DNA of 64,000 bases. It comes from Eledone cirrhosa. Lineage: Eukaryota. Position numbers and translations under genes: made by a program. Shown piece by piece: positions 11,101 to 24,958 of this stretch. The stretch lies in the NCBI GenBank assembly GCA_964016885.1, contig OZ024743.1, forward strand, positions 176,948,001 through 177,012,000, written 5' to 3'. Each line of letters opens with the position of its first letter. Position 1 is the stretch's first letter. The notes under the pieces were generated by a model. It was not told the DNA's origin and made no database searches. It worked only from the letters and a program-made list of their open reading frames with translations.

Positions 11101-14100
11101 ACCACAGCTGAGATATACCACCTAGACTGGGGTATTGAGTTTGTCACTCCTTACCACAGCTGAGATATACCACCTAGACTGGGGTGTAGAGTCTGTCACT
11201 CTCTACCACAGCTGAGATATACCACCTAGACTGGGGTGTTGAGTCTGTCACTCCCTACCACAGCTGAGATATACCAACTAGACTGGGGTGTTGAGTCTGT
11301 CACTTTCTACCACAGTTGAGATATACCACCTAGACTGGGGTGTAGAGTCTGTCACTCTCTACCACAGCTGAGATATACCACCTAGACTGGGGTGTTGAGT
11401 TTGTCACTCCTTACCACAGCTGAGATATACCTCCTAGACTGGGGTGTAGAGTCTGTCACTCTCTACCACAGCTGAGATATACCACCTAGACTGGGGTGTT
11501 GAGTCTGTCACTCCCTACCACAGCTGAGATATACCACCTAAACTGGGGTGTTGAGTCTGTCACTTTCTACCACAGCTGAGATATACCACCTAGACTGGGG
11601 TGTTGAATCTGTCACTCCCTACCACAGCTGAGATATACCACCTAGACTGGGGTGTAGAGTCTGTCACTCTCTACCACAGCTGAGATATACCACCTAGATG
11701 GGGTGTTGAGTCTGTCACTCCCTACCACAGCTGAGATATACCACCTAGACTGGGGTGTTGAGTCTGTACCTTTCTACCACAGCTGAGATATACCACCTAG
11801 ACTGGGGTGTAGAGTCTGTCACTCACTACCACAGCTGAGATATACCACCTAGACTGGGGTGTTGAGTCAGTCACTCTCTACCACAGCTGAGATATACCAC
11901 CTGGACTGGGGTGTAGAGTCTGTCACTCCCTACCACAGCTGAGATATACCACCTAGACTGGGCTGTAGAGTCTGTCACTCCCTACCACAGCTGAGATATA
12001 CCACCTAGATGGGGTGTTGAGTCTGTCACTCCCTACCACAGCTGAGATATACCACCTAGACTGGGGTGTTGAGTCTGTACCTTTCTACCACAGCTGAGAT
12101 ATACCACCTAGACTGGGGTGTAGAGTCTGTCACTCACTACCACAGCTGAGATATACCAACTAGACTGGGGGGGTTGAGTCTGTCACTTTCTACCACAGCT
12201 GAGATATACCACCTAGACTGGGGTGTAGAGTCTGTCACTCTCTACCACAGCTGAGATATACCACCTAGACTGGGGTGTTGAGTTTGTCATTCCTTACCAC
12301 AGCTGAGATATACCACCTAGACTGGGGTGTAGAGTCTGTCACTCTCTACCACAGCTGAGATATACCACCTAGACTGGGGTGTAGAGTCTGTTACTCTCTA
12401 CCACAGCTGAGATATACCACCTAGACTGGGGTGTTGAGTCTGTCACTCCCTACCAGAGCTGAGATATACCACCTAGACTGGGGTGTTGAGTTTGTCACTC
12501 CCTACTTCAGCTGAGATATACCACCTAGACTGGGGTGTTGAGTCTGTCACTCCCTACCACACCTGAGATATACCACCTAGACTGGGGTGTTGAGTCTGTC
12601 ACTCCCTACCACAGCTGAGATATACCACCTGGACTGGGGTGTTGAGTCTGTCACTCCCTACCACAGCTGAGATATACCACCTAGACTGGGGTGTAGAGTC
12701 TGTCACTCTCTACCACAGCTGAGATATACCACCTAGATGGGGTGTTGAGTCTGTCACTTACAGCTGAGATATACCACCTTGACTGGGGTGTTGAATCTGT
12801 CACTCCCTACCACAGCTGAGATATACCACCTAGACTGGGATGTAGAGTCTGTCACTCCCTACCACAACTGAGATATACCACCTAGACTGGGGTGTTGAGT
12901 CTGTCACTCTCTACCACAGCTGAGATATACCACCTAGACTGGGGTGTAGAGTCTGTCACTCCCTACCAGTGCTGAGATATACCACCTAGACTGGGGTGTT
13001 GAGTCTGTCACTCCCTACCACAGCTGAGATATACCACCTAGACTGGGGTGTTGAGTCTGTCACTCTCTACCACAGCTGAGATATACCACCTAGACAGGGG
13101 TGTAGAGTCTGTCACTCCCTACCACAACTGAGATATACCACTTAGACTGGGGTGTTGAGTCTGTCACTTACAGCTGAGATATACCACCTAGACTGGGGTG
13201 TAGAGTCTTTCGCTCCCTACCACAGATGAGATATACCACCTAGACTGGGGTGTTGAGTCTGTCACTCCCTACCACAGCTGAGATATACCACCTAGACTGG
13301 GATGTAGAGTCTGTCACTCCCTACCACAACTGAGATATACCACCTAGACTGGGGTGTTGAGTCTGTCACTCTCTACCACAGCTGAGATATACCACCTAGA
13401 CTGGGGTGTTGAGTCTGTCACTCTCTACCACAGCTGAGATATACCACCTGGACTGGGGTGTAGAGTCTGTCACTCCCTACCACAGCTGAGATATACCACC
13501 TAGACTGGGCTGTAGAGTCTGTCACTCCCTACCACAGCTGAGATATACCACCTAGATGGGGTGTTGAGTCTGTCACTCCCTACCACAGCTGAGATATACC
13601 ACCTAGACTGGGGTGTAGAGTCTGTCACTCACTACCACAGCTGAGATAGACCAACTAGACTGGGGTGTTGAGTCTGTCACTTTCTACCACAGCTGAGATA
13701 TACCACCTAGACTGGGGTGTAGAGTCTGTCACTCTCTACCACAGCTGAGATATACCACCTAGACTGGGGTGTTTAGTCTGTCACTCTCTACCACAGCTGA
13801 GATATACAACCTAGACTGGGGTGGAGAGTCTGTTACTCTCTACCACAGCTGAGATATACCACCTAGAATGGGGTGTTGAGTCTGTCACTCCCTACCAGAG
13901 CTGAGATATACCACCTAGACTGGGGTGTTGAGTTTGTCACTCCCTACTTCAGCTGAGATATACCACCTAGACTGGGGTGTTGAGTCTGTCACTCCCTACC
14001 ACACCTGAGATATACCACCTAGACTGGGGTGTTGAGTCTGTCACTCCCTACCACAGCTGAGATATACCACCTGGACTGGGGTGTTGAGTCTGTCACTCTC

Positions 14101-17100
14101 TACCACAGCTGAGATATACCACCTAGACAGGGGTGTAGAGTTTGTAACTCCCTACCACAACTGAGATATACCACTTAGACTTTGGTGTTGAGTCTGTCAC
14201 TTACAGCTGAGATATACCACCTTGACTGGGGTGTTGAATCTGTCACTCCCTACCACAGCTGAGATATACCACCTAGACTGGGATGTAGAGTCTGTCACTC
14301 CCTACCACAACTGAGATATACCACCTAGACTGGGGTGTTGAGTCTGTCACTCTCTACCACAGCTGAGATATACCACCTAGACTGGGGTGTTGAGTCTGTC
14401 ACTCTCTACCTCAGCTGAGATATGCCACCTGGACTGGGGTGTAGAGTCTGTCACTCCCTACCACAGCTGAGATATACCACCTAGACTGGGCTGTAGAGTC
14501 TGTCACTCCCTACCACAGCTGAGATATAACACCTAGATGGGGTGTTGAGTCTGTCACTCCCTACCACAGCTGAGATATACCACCTAGACTGGGGTGTTGA
14601 GTCTGTACCTTTCTACCACAGCTGAGATATACCACCTAGACTGGGGTGTAGAGTCTGTCACTCACTACCACAGCTGAGATATACCACCTAGACTGGGGTG
14701 TTGAGTCAGTCACTCTCTACCACAGCTGAGATATACCACCTGGACTGGGGTGTAGAGTCTGTCACTCCCTACCACAGCTGAGATATACCACCTAGACTGG
14801 GCTGTAGAGTCTGTCACTCCCTACCACAGCTGAGATATACCACCTAGATGGGGTGTTGAGTCTGTCACTCCCTACCACAGCTGAGATATACCACCTAGAC
14901 TGGGGTGTTGAGTCTGTACCTTTCTACCACAGCTGAGATATACCACCTAGACTGGGGTGTACAGTCTGTCACTCACTACCACAGCTGAGATATACCAACT
15001 AGACTGGGGTGTTGAGTCTGTCACTTTCTACCACAGCTGAGATATACCACCTAGACTGGGGTGTAGAGTCTGTCACTCTCTACCACAGCTGAGATATACC
15101 ACCTAGACTGGGGTGTTGAGTTTGTCACTCCTTACCACAGCTGAGATATACCTCCTAGACTGGGGTGTAGAGTCTGTCACTCTCTACCACAGCTGAGATA
15201 TACCACCTAGACTGGGGTGTTGAGTCTGTCACTCCCTACCACAGCTGAGATATACCACCTAAACTGGGGTGTTGAGTCTGTCACTTTCTACCACAGCTGA
15301 GATATACCACCTAGACTGGGGTGTTGAATCTGTCACTCCCTACCACAGCTGAGATATACCACCTAGACTGGGGTGTAGAGTCTGTCACTCTCTGCCACAG
15401 CTGAGATATACCACCTAGATGGGGTGTTGAGTCTGTCACTCCCTACCACAGCTGAGATATACCACCTAGACTGGGGTGTTGAGTCTGTACCTTTCTACCA
15501 CAGCTGAGATATACCACCTAGACTGGGGTGTAGAGTCTGTCACTCACTACCACAGCTGAGATATACCACCTAGACTGGGGTGTTGAGTCAGTCACTCTCT
15601 ACCACAGCTGAGATATACCACCTGGACTGGGGTGTAGAGTCTGTCACTCCCTACCACAGCTGAGATATACCACCTAGACTGGGCTGTAGAGTCTGTCACT
15701 CCCTACCACAGCTGAGATATACCACCTAGATGGGGTGTTGAGTCTGTCACTCCCTACCACAGCTGAGATATACCACCTAGACTGGGGTGTTGAGTCTGTA
15801 CCTTTCTACCACAGCTGAGATATACCACCTAGACTGGGGTGTAGAGTATGTCACTCACTACCACAGCTGAGATATACCAACTAGACTGGGGGGTTGAGTC
15901 TGTCACTTTCTACCACAGCTGAGATATACCACCTAGACTGGGGTGTAGAGTCTGTCACTCTCTACCACAGCTGAGATATACCACCTAGACTGGGGTGTTG
16001 AGTTTGTCACTCCTTACCACAGCTGAGATATACCACCTAGACTGGGGTGTAGAGTCTGTCACTCTCTACCACAGCTGAGATATACCACCTAGACTGGGGT
16101 GTAGAGTCTGTTACTCTCTACCACAGCTGAGATATACCACCTAGACTGGGGTGTTGAGTCTGTCACTCCCTACCAGAGCTGAGATATACCACCTAGACTG
16201 GGGTGTTGAGTTTGTCACTCCCTACTTCAGCTGAGATATACCACCTAGACTGGGGTGTTGAGTCTGTCACTCCCTACCACACCTGAGATATACCACCTAG
16301 ACTGGGGTGTTGAGTCTGTCACTCCCTACCACAGCTGAGATATACCACCTGGACTGGGGTGTTGAGTCTGTCACTCCCTACCACAGCTGAGATATACCAC
16401 CTAGACTGGGGTGTAGAGTCTGTCACTCTCTACCACAGCTGAGATATACCACCTAGATGGGGTGTTGAGTCTGTCACTTACAGCTGAGATATACCACCTT
16501 GACTGGGGTGTTGAATCTGTCACTCCCTACCACAGCTGAGATATACCACCTAGACTGGGATGTAGAGTCTGTCACTCCCTACCACAACTGAGATATACCA
16601 CCTAGACTGGGGTGTTGAGTCTGTCACTCTCTACCACAGCTGAGATATACCACCTAGACTGGGGTGTAGAGTCTGTCACTCCCTACCAGTGCTGAGATAT
16701 ACCACCTAGACTGGGGTGTTGAGTCTGTCACTCCCTACCACAGCTGAGATATACCACCTAGACTGGGGTGTTGAGTCTGTCACTCTCTACCACAGCTGAG
16801 ATATACCACCTAGACAGGGGTGTAGAGTCTGTCACTCCCTACCACAACTGAGATATACCACTTAGACTGGGGTGTTGAGTCTGTCACTTACAGCTGAGAT
16901 ATACCACCTAGACTGGGGTGTAGAGTCTTTCGCTCCCTACCACAGATGAGATATACCACCTAGACTGGGGTGTTGAGTCTGTCACTCCCTACCACAGCTG
17001 AGATATACCACCTAGACTGGGATGTAGAGTCTGTCACTCCCTACCACAACTGAGATATACCACCTAGACTGGGGTGTTGAGTCTGTCACTCTCTACCACA

Positions 17101-20100
17101 GCTGAGATATACCACCTAGACTGGGGTGTTGAGTCTGTCACTCTCTACCACAGCTGAGATATACCACCTGGACTGGGGTGTAGAGTCTGTCACTCCCTAC
17201 CACAGCTGAGATATACCACCTAGACTGGGCTGTAGAGTCTGTCACTCCCTACCACAGCTGAGATATACCACCTAGATGGGGTGTTGAGTCTGTCACTCCC
17301 TACCACAGCTGAGATATACCACCTAGACTGGGGTGTAGAGTCTGTCACTCACTACCACAGCTGAGATATACCAACTAGACTGGGGTGTTGAGTCTGTCAC
17401 TTTCTACCACAGCTGAGATATACCACCTAGACTGGGGTGTAGAGTCTGTCACTCTCTACCACAGCTGAGATATACCACCTAGACTGGGGTATTGAGTTTG
17501 TCACTCCTTACCACAGCTGAGATATACCACCTAGACTGGGGTGTAGAGTCTGTCACTCTCTACCACAGCTGAGATATACCACCTAGACTGGGGTGTTGAG
17601 TCTGTCACTCCCTACCACAGCTGAGATATACCACCTAAACTGGGGTGTTGAGTCTGTCACTTTCTACCACAGCTGAGATATACCACCTAGACTGGGGTGT
17701 TGAATCTGTCACTCCCTACCACAGCTGAGATATACCACCTAGACTGGGGTGTAGAGTCTGTCACTCTCTACCACAGCTGAGATATACCACCTAGACTGGG
17801 GTGTTTAGTCTGTCACTCTCTACCACAGCTGAGATATACCACCCAGACTGGGGTGTAGAGTCTGTTACTCTCTACCACAGCTGAGATATACCACCTAGAC
17901 TGGGGTTTTGAGTCTGTCACTCCCTACCAGAGCTGAGATATACCACCTAGACTGGGGTGTTGAGTTTGTCACTCCCTACTTCAGCTGAGATATACCACCT
18001 AGACTGGGGTGTTGAGTCTGTCACTCCCTACCACACCTGAGATATACCACCTAGACTGGGGTGTTGAGTCTGTCACTCCCTACCACAGCTGAGATATACC
18101 ACCTGGACTGGGGTGTTGAGTCTGTCACTCTCTACCACAGCTGAGATATACCACCTAGACAGGGGTGTAGAGTCTGTCACTCCCTACCACAACTGAGATA
18201 TACCACTTAGACTTTGGTGTTGAGTCTGTCACTTACAGCTGAGATATACCACCCTGACTGGGGTGTTGAATCTGTCACTCCCTACCACAGCTGAGATATA
18301 CCACCTAGACTGGGGTGTAGAGTCTTTCGCTCCCTACCACAGATGAGATATACCACCTAGACTGGGGTGTTGAGTCTGTCACTCCCTACCACAGCTGAGA
18401 TATACCACCTAGACTGGGATGTAGAGTCTGTCACTCCCTACCACAACTGAGATATACCACCTAGACTGGGGTGTTGAGTCTGTCACTCTCTACCACAGCT
18501 GAGATATACCACCTAGACTGGGCTGTAGAGTCTGTCACTCCCTACCACAGCTGAGATATACCACCTAGATGGGGTGTTGAGTCTGTCACTCCCTACCACA
18601 GCTGAGATATACCACCTGGACTGGGGTGTTGAGTCTGTCACTCTCTACCACAGCTGAGATATACCACCTAGACAGGGGTGTAGAGTCTGTCACTCCCTAC
18701 CACAACTGAGATATACCACTTAGACTTTGGTGTTGAGTCTGTCACTTACAGCTTAGATATACCACCTTGACTGGGGTGTTGAATCTGTCACTCCCTACCA
18801 CAGCTGAGATATACCACCTAGACTGGGATGTAGAGTCTGTCACTCCCTACCACAACTGAGATATACCACCTAGACTGGGGTGTTGAGTCTGTCACTCTCT
18901 ACCACAGCTGAGATATACCACCTAGACTGGGGTGTAGAGTCTGTCACTCCCTACCAGTGCTGAGATATACCACCTAGACTGGGGTGTTGAGTCTGTCACC
19001 TACAGCTGAGATATACCACCTAGACTGGGGTGTAGAGTCTTTCGCTCCCTACCACAGATGAGATATACCACCTAGACTGGGGTGTTGAGTCTGTCACTCC
19101 CTACCACAGCTGAGATATACCACCTAGACTGGGATGTAGAGTCTGTCACTCCCTACCACAACTGAGATATACCACCTAGACTGGGGTGTTGAGTCTGTCA
19201 CTCTCTACCACAGCTGAGATATACCACCTGGACTGGGGTGTAGAGTCTGTCACTCCCTACCACAGCTGAGATATACCACCTAGACTGGGCTGTAGAGTCT
19301 GTCACTCCCTACCACAGCTGAGATATACCACCTAGATGGGGTGTTGAGTCTGTCACTCCCTACCACAGCTGAGATATACCACCTAGACTGGGGTGTAGAG
19401 TCTGTCACTCACTACCACAGCTGAGATATACCAACTAGACTGGGGTGTTGAGTCTGTCACTTTCTACCACAGCTGAGATATACCACCTAGACTGGGGTGT
19501 AGAGTCTGTCACTCTCTACCACAGCTGAGATATACCACCTAGACTGGGGTGTTGAGTTTGTCACTCCTTACCACAGCTGAGATATACCACCTAGACTGGG
19601 GTGTAGAGTCTGTCACTCTCTACCACAGCTGAGATATACCACCTAGACTGGGGTGTTGAGTCTGTCACTCCCTACCACAGCTGAGATATACCACCTAAAC
19701 TGGGGTGTTGAGTCTGTCACTTTCTACCACAGCTGAGATATACCACCTAGACTGGGGTGTTGAGTCTGTCACTCTCTACCACAGCTGAGATATACCACCT
19801 GGACTGGGGTGTAGAGTCTGTCACTCCCTACCACAGCTGAGATATACCACCTAGACTGGGCTGTAGAGTCTGTCACTCCCTACCACAGCTGAGATATACC
19901 ACCTAGATGGGGTGTTGAGTCTGTCACTCCCTACCACAGCTGAGATATACCACCTAGACTGGGGTGTAGAGTCTGTCACTCACTACCACAGCTGAGATAT
20001 ACCAACTAGACTGGGGTGTTGAGTCTGTCACTTTCTACCACAGCTGAGATATACCACCTAGACTGGGGTGTAGAGTCTGTCACTCTCTACCACAGCTGAG

Positions 20101-20264
20101 ATATACCACCTAGACTGGGGTATTGAGTTTGTCACTCCTTACCACAGCTGAGATATACCACCTAGACTGGGGTGTAGAGTCTGTCACTCTCTACCACAGC
20201 TGAGATATACCACCTAGACTGGGGTGTTGAGTCTGTCACTCCCTACCACAGCTGAGATATACCA
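2267..20264. repeat. Tandem duplication with an 8,988-bp period (2267-11254 and 11255-20242), apparently identical copies
   Basis: Private variants pair at a constant offset of 8,988: CAGTTG 2325/11313, G7 run 3179/12167, GATAG 4657/13645, GTACAG 5971/14959, CCCAGAC 8854/17842 and GAATC 9793/18781. The match starts after a mismatch at 2266/11254 and ends at a mismatch at 11277/20265. Confidence 0.93.
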
Positions 20265-23200
20265 CCTAAACTGGGGTGTTGAGTCTGTCACTTTCTACCA
20301 CAGCTGAGATATACCACCTAGACTGGGGTGTTGAATCTGTCACTCCCTACCACAGCTGAGATATACCACCTAGACTGGGGTGTAGAGTCTGTCACTCTCT
20401 ACCACAGCTGAGATATACCACCTAGACTGGGGTGTTTAGTCTGTCACTCTCTACCACAGCTGAGATATACCACCTAGACTGGGGTGTAGAGTCTGTTACT
20501 CTCTACCACAGCTGAGATATACCACCTAGACTGGGGTTTTGAGTCTGTCACTCCCTACCAGAGCTGAGATATACCACCTAGACTGGGGTGTTGAGTTTGT
20601 CACTCCCTACTTCAGCTGAGATATACCACCTAGACTGGGGTGTTGAGTCTGTCACTCCCTACCACACCTGAGATATACCACCTAGACTGGGGTGTTGAGT
20701 CTGTCACTCCCTACCACAGCTGAGATATACCACCTGGACTGGGGTGTTGAGTCTGTCACTCTCTACCACAGCTGAGATATACCACCTAGACAGGGGTGTA
20801 GAGTCTGTCACTCCCTACCACAACTGAGATATACCACTTAGACTTTGGTGTTGAGTCTGTCACTTACAGCTGAGATATACCACCCTGACTGGGGTGTTGA
20901 ATCTGTCACTCCCTACCACAGCTGAGATATACCACCTAGACTGGGGTGTTGAGTCTGTCACCTACAGCTGAGATATACCACCTAGACTGGGGTGTAGAGT
21001 CTTTCGCTCCCTACCACAGATGAGATATACCACCTAGACTGGGGTGTTGAGTCTGTCACTCCCTACCACAGCTGAGATATACCACCTAGACTGGGATGTA
21101 GAGTCTGTCACTCCCTACCACAACTGAGATATACCACCTAGACTGGGGTGTTGAGTCTGTCACTCTCTACCACAGCTGAGATATACCACCTAGACTGGGC
21201 TGTAGAGTCTGTCACTCCCTACCACAGCTGAGATATACCACCTAGATGGGGTGTTGAGTCTGTCACTCCCTACCACAGCTGAGATATACCACCTGGACTG
21301 GGGTGTTGAGTCTGTCACTCTCTACCACAGCTGAGATATACCACCTAGACAGGGGTGTAGAGTCTGTCACTCCCTACCACAACTGAGATATACCACTTAG
21401 ACTTTGGTGTTGAGTCTGTCACTTACAGCTTAGATATACCACCTTGACTGGGGTGTTGAATCTGTCACTCCCTACCACAGCTGAGATATACCACCTAGAC
21501 TGGGATGTAGAGTCTGTCACTCCCTACCACAACTGAGATATACCACCTAGACTGGGGTGTTGAGTCTGTCACTCTCTACCACAGCTGAGATATACCACCT
21601 AGACTGGGGTGTAGAGTCTGTCACTCCCTACCAGTGCTGAGATATACCACCTAGACTGGGGTGTTGAGTCTGTCACCTACAGCTGAGATATACCACCTAG
21701 ACTGGGGTGTAGAGTCTTTCGCTCCCTACCACAGATGAGATATACCACCTAGACTGGGGTGTTGAGTCTGTCACTCCCTACCACAGCTGAGATATACCAC
21801 CTAGACTGGGATGTAGAGTCTGTCACTCCCTACCACAACTGAGATATACCACCTAGACTGGGGTGTTGAGTCTGTCACTCTCTACCACAGCTGAGATATA
21901 CCACCTGGACTGGGGTGTAGAGTCTGTCACTCCCTACCACAGCTGAGATATACCACCTAGACTGGGCTGTAGAGTCTGTCACTCCCTACCACAGCTGAGA
22001 TATACCACCTAGATGGGGTGTTGAGTCTGTCACTCCCTACCACAGCTGAGATATACCACCTAGACTGGGGTGTAGAGTCTGTCACTCACTACCACAGCTG
22101 AGATATACCAACTAGACTGGGGTGTTGAGTCTGTCACTTTCTACCACAGCTGAGATATACCACCTAGACTGGGGTGTAGAGTCTGTCACTCTCTACCACA
22201 GCTGAGATATACCACCTAGACTGGGGTGTTGAGTTTGTCACTCCTTACCACAGCTGAGATATACCACCTAGACTGGGGTGTAGAGTCTGTCACTCTCTAC
22301 CACAGCTGAGATATACCACCTAGACTGGGGTGTTGAGTCTGTCACTCCCTACCACAGCTGAGATATACCACCTAAACTGGGGTGTAGAGTCTGTCACTCC
22401 CTACCACAGCTGAGATATACCACCTAGACTGGGCTGTAGAGTCTGTCACTCCCTACCACAGCTGAGATATACCACCTAGATGGGGTGTTGAGTCTGTCAC
22501 TCCCTACCACAGCTGAGATATACCACCTAGACTGGGGTGTAGAGTCTGTCACTCACTACCACAGCTGAGATATACCAACTAGACTGGGGTGTTGAGTCTG
22601 TCACTTTCTACCACAGCTGAGATATACCACCTAGACTGGGGTGTAGAGTCTGTCACTCTCTACCACAGCTGAGATATACCACCTAGACTGGGGTATTGAG
22701 TTTGTCACTCCTTACCACAGCTGAGATATACCACCTAGACTGGGGTGTAGAGTCTGTCACTCTCTACCACAGCTGAGATATACCACCTAGACTGGGGTGT
22801 TGAGTCTGTCACTCCCTACCACAGCTGAGATATACCACCTAAACTGGGGTGTTGAGTCTGTCACTTTCTACCACAGCTGAGATATACCACCTAGACTGGG
22901 GTGTTGAATCTGTCACTCCCTACCACAGCTGAGATATACCACCTAGACTGGGGTGTAGAGTCTGTCACTCTCTACCACAGCTGAGATATACCACCTAGAC
23001 TGGGGTGTTTAGTCTGTCACTCTCTACCACAGCTGAGATATACCACCTAGACTGGGGTGTAGAGTCTGTTACTCTCTACCACAGCTGAGATATACCACCT
23101 AGACTGGGGTTTTGAGTCTGTCACTCCCTACCAGAGCTGAGATATACCACCTAGACTGGGGTGTTGAGTTTGTCACTCCCTACTTCAGCTGAGATATACC

Positions 23201-24958
23201 ACCTAGACTGGGGTGTTGAGTCTGTCACTCCCTACCACACCTGAGATATACCACCTAGACTGGGGTGTTGAGTCTGTCACTCCCTACCACAGCTGAGATA
23301 TACCACCTGGACTGGGGTGTTGAGTCTGTCACTCTCTACCACAGCTGAGATATACCACCTAGACAGGGGTGTAGAGTCTGTCACTCCCTACCACAACTGA
23401 GATATACCACTTAGACTTTGGTGTTGAGTCTGTCACTTACAGCTGAGATATACCACCCTGACTGGGGTGTTGAATCTGTCACTCCCTACCACAGCTGAGA
23501 TATACCACCTAGACTGGGGTGTTGAGTCTGTCACCTACAGCTGAGATATACCACCTAGACTGGGGTGTAGAGTCTTTCGCTCCCTACCACAGATGAGATA
23601 TACCACCTAGACTGGGGTGTTGAGTCTGTCACTCCCTACCACAGCTGAGATATACCACCTAGACTGGGATGTAGAGTCTGTCACTCCCTACCACAACTGA
23701 GATATACCACCTAGACTGGGGTGTTGAGTCTGTCACTCTCTACCACAGCTGAGATATACCACCTAGACTGGGCTGTAGAGTCTGTCACTCCCTACCACAG
23801 CTGAGATATACCACCTAGATGGGGTGTTGAGTCTGTCACTCCCTACCACAGCTGAGATATACCACCTGGACTGGGGTGTTGAGTCTGTCACTCTCTACCA
23901 CAGCTGAGATATACCACCTAGACAGGGGTGTAGAGTCTGTCACTCCCTACCACAACTGAGATATACCACTTAGACTTTGGTGTTGAGTCTGTCACTTACA
24001 GCTTAGATATACCACCTTGACTGGGGTGTTGAATCTGTCACTCCCTACCACAGCTGAGATATACCACCTAGACTGGGATGTAGAGTCTGTCACTCCCTAC
24101 CACAACTGAGATATACCACCTAGACTGGGGTGTTGAGTCTGTCACTCTCTACCACAGCTGAGATATACCACCTAGACTGGGGTGTAGAGTCTGTCACTCC
24201 CTACCAGTGCTGAGATATACCACCTAGACTGGGGTGTTGAGTCTGTCACCTACAGCTGAGATATACCACCTAGACTGGGGTGTAGAGTCTTTCGCTCCCT
24301 ACCACAGATGAGATATACCACCTAGACTGGGGTGTTGAGTCTGTCACTCCCTACCACAGCTGAGATATACCACCTAGACTGGGATGTAGAGTCTGTCACT
24401 CCCTACCACAACTGAGATATACCACCTAGACTGGGGTGTTGAGTCTGTCACTCTCTACCACAGCTGAGATATACCACCTGGACTGGGGTGTAGAGTCTGT
24501 CACTCCCTACCACAGCTGAGATATACCACCTAGACTGGGCTGTAGAGTCTGTCACTCCCTACCACAGCTGAGATATACCACCTAGATGGGGTGTTGAGTC
24601 TGTCACTCCCTACCACAGCTGAGATATACCACCTAGACTGGGGTGTAGAGTCTGTCACTCACTACCACAGCTGAGATATACCAACTAGACTGGGGTGTTG
24701 AGTCTGTCACTTTCTACCACAGCTGAGATATACCACCTAGACTGGGGTGTAGAGTCTGTCACTCTCTACCACAGCTGAGATATACCACCTAGACTGGGGT
24801 GTTGAGTTTGTCACTCCTTACCACAGCTGAGATATACCACCTAGACTGGGGTGTAGAGTCTGTCACTCTCTACCACAGCTGAGATATACCACCTAGACTG
24901 GGGTGTTGAGTCTGTCACTCCCTACCACAGCTGAGATATACCACCTAAACTGGGGTGT
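19803..24958. repeat. Tandem duplication with a 2,573-bp period (50 monomers; 19803-22375 and 22376-24948)
   Basis: TATTGAG 20121/22694 and CAGCTTAG 21426/23999 both show offset 2,573, and 50x52 - 4x6 - 3x1 = 2,573. A chimeric junction monomer sits at 22355-22406. Confidence 0.92.
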
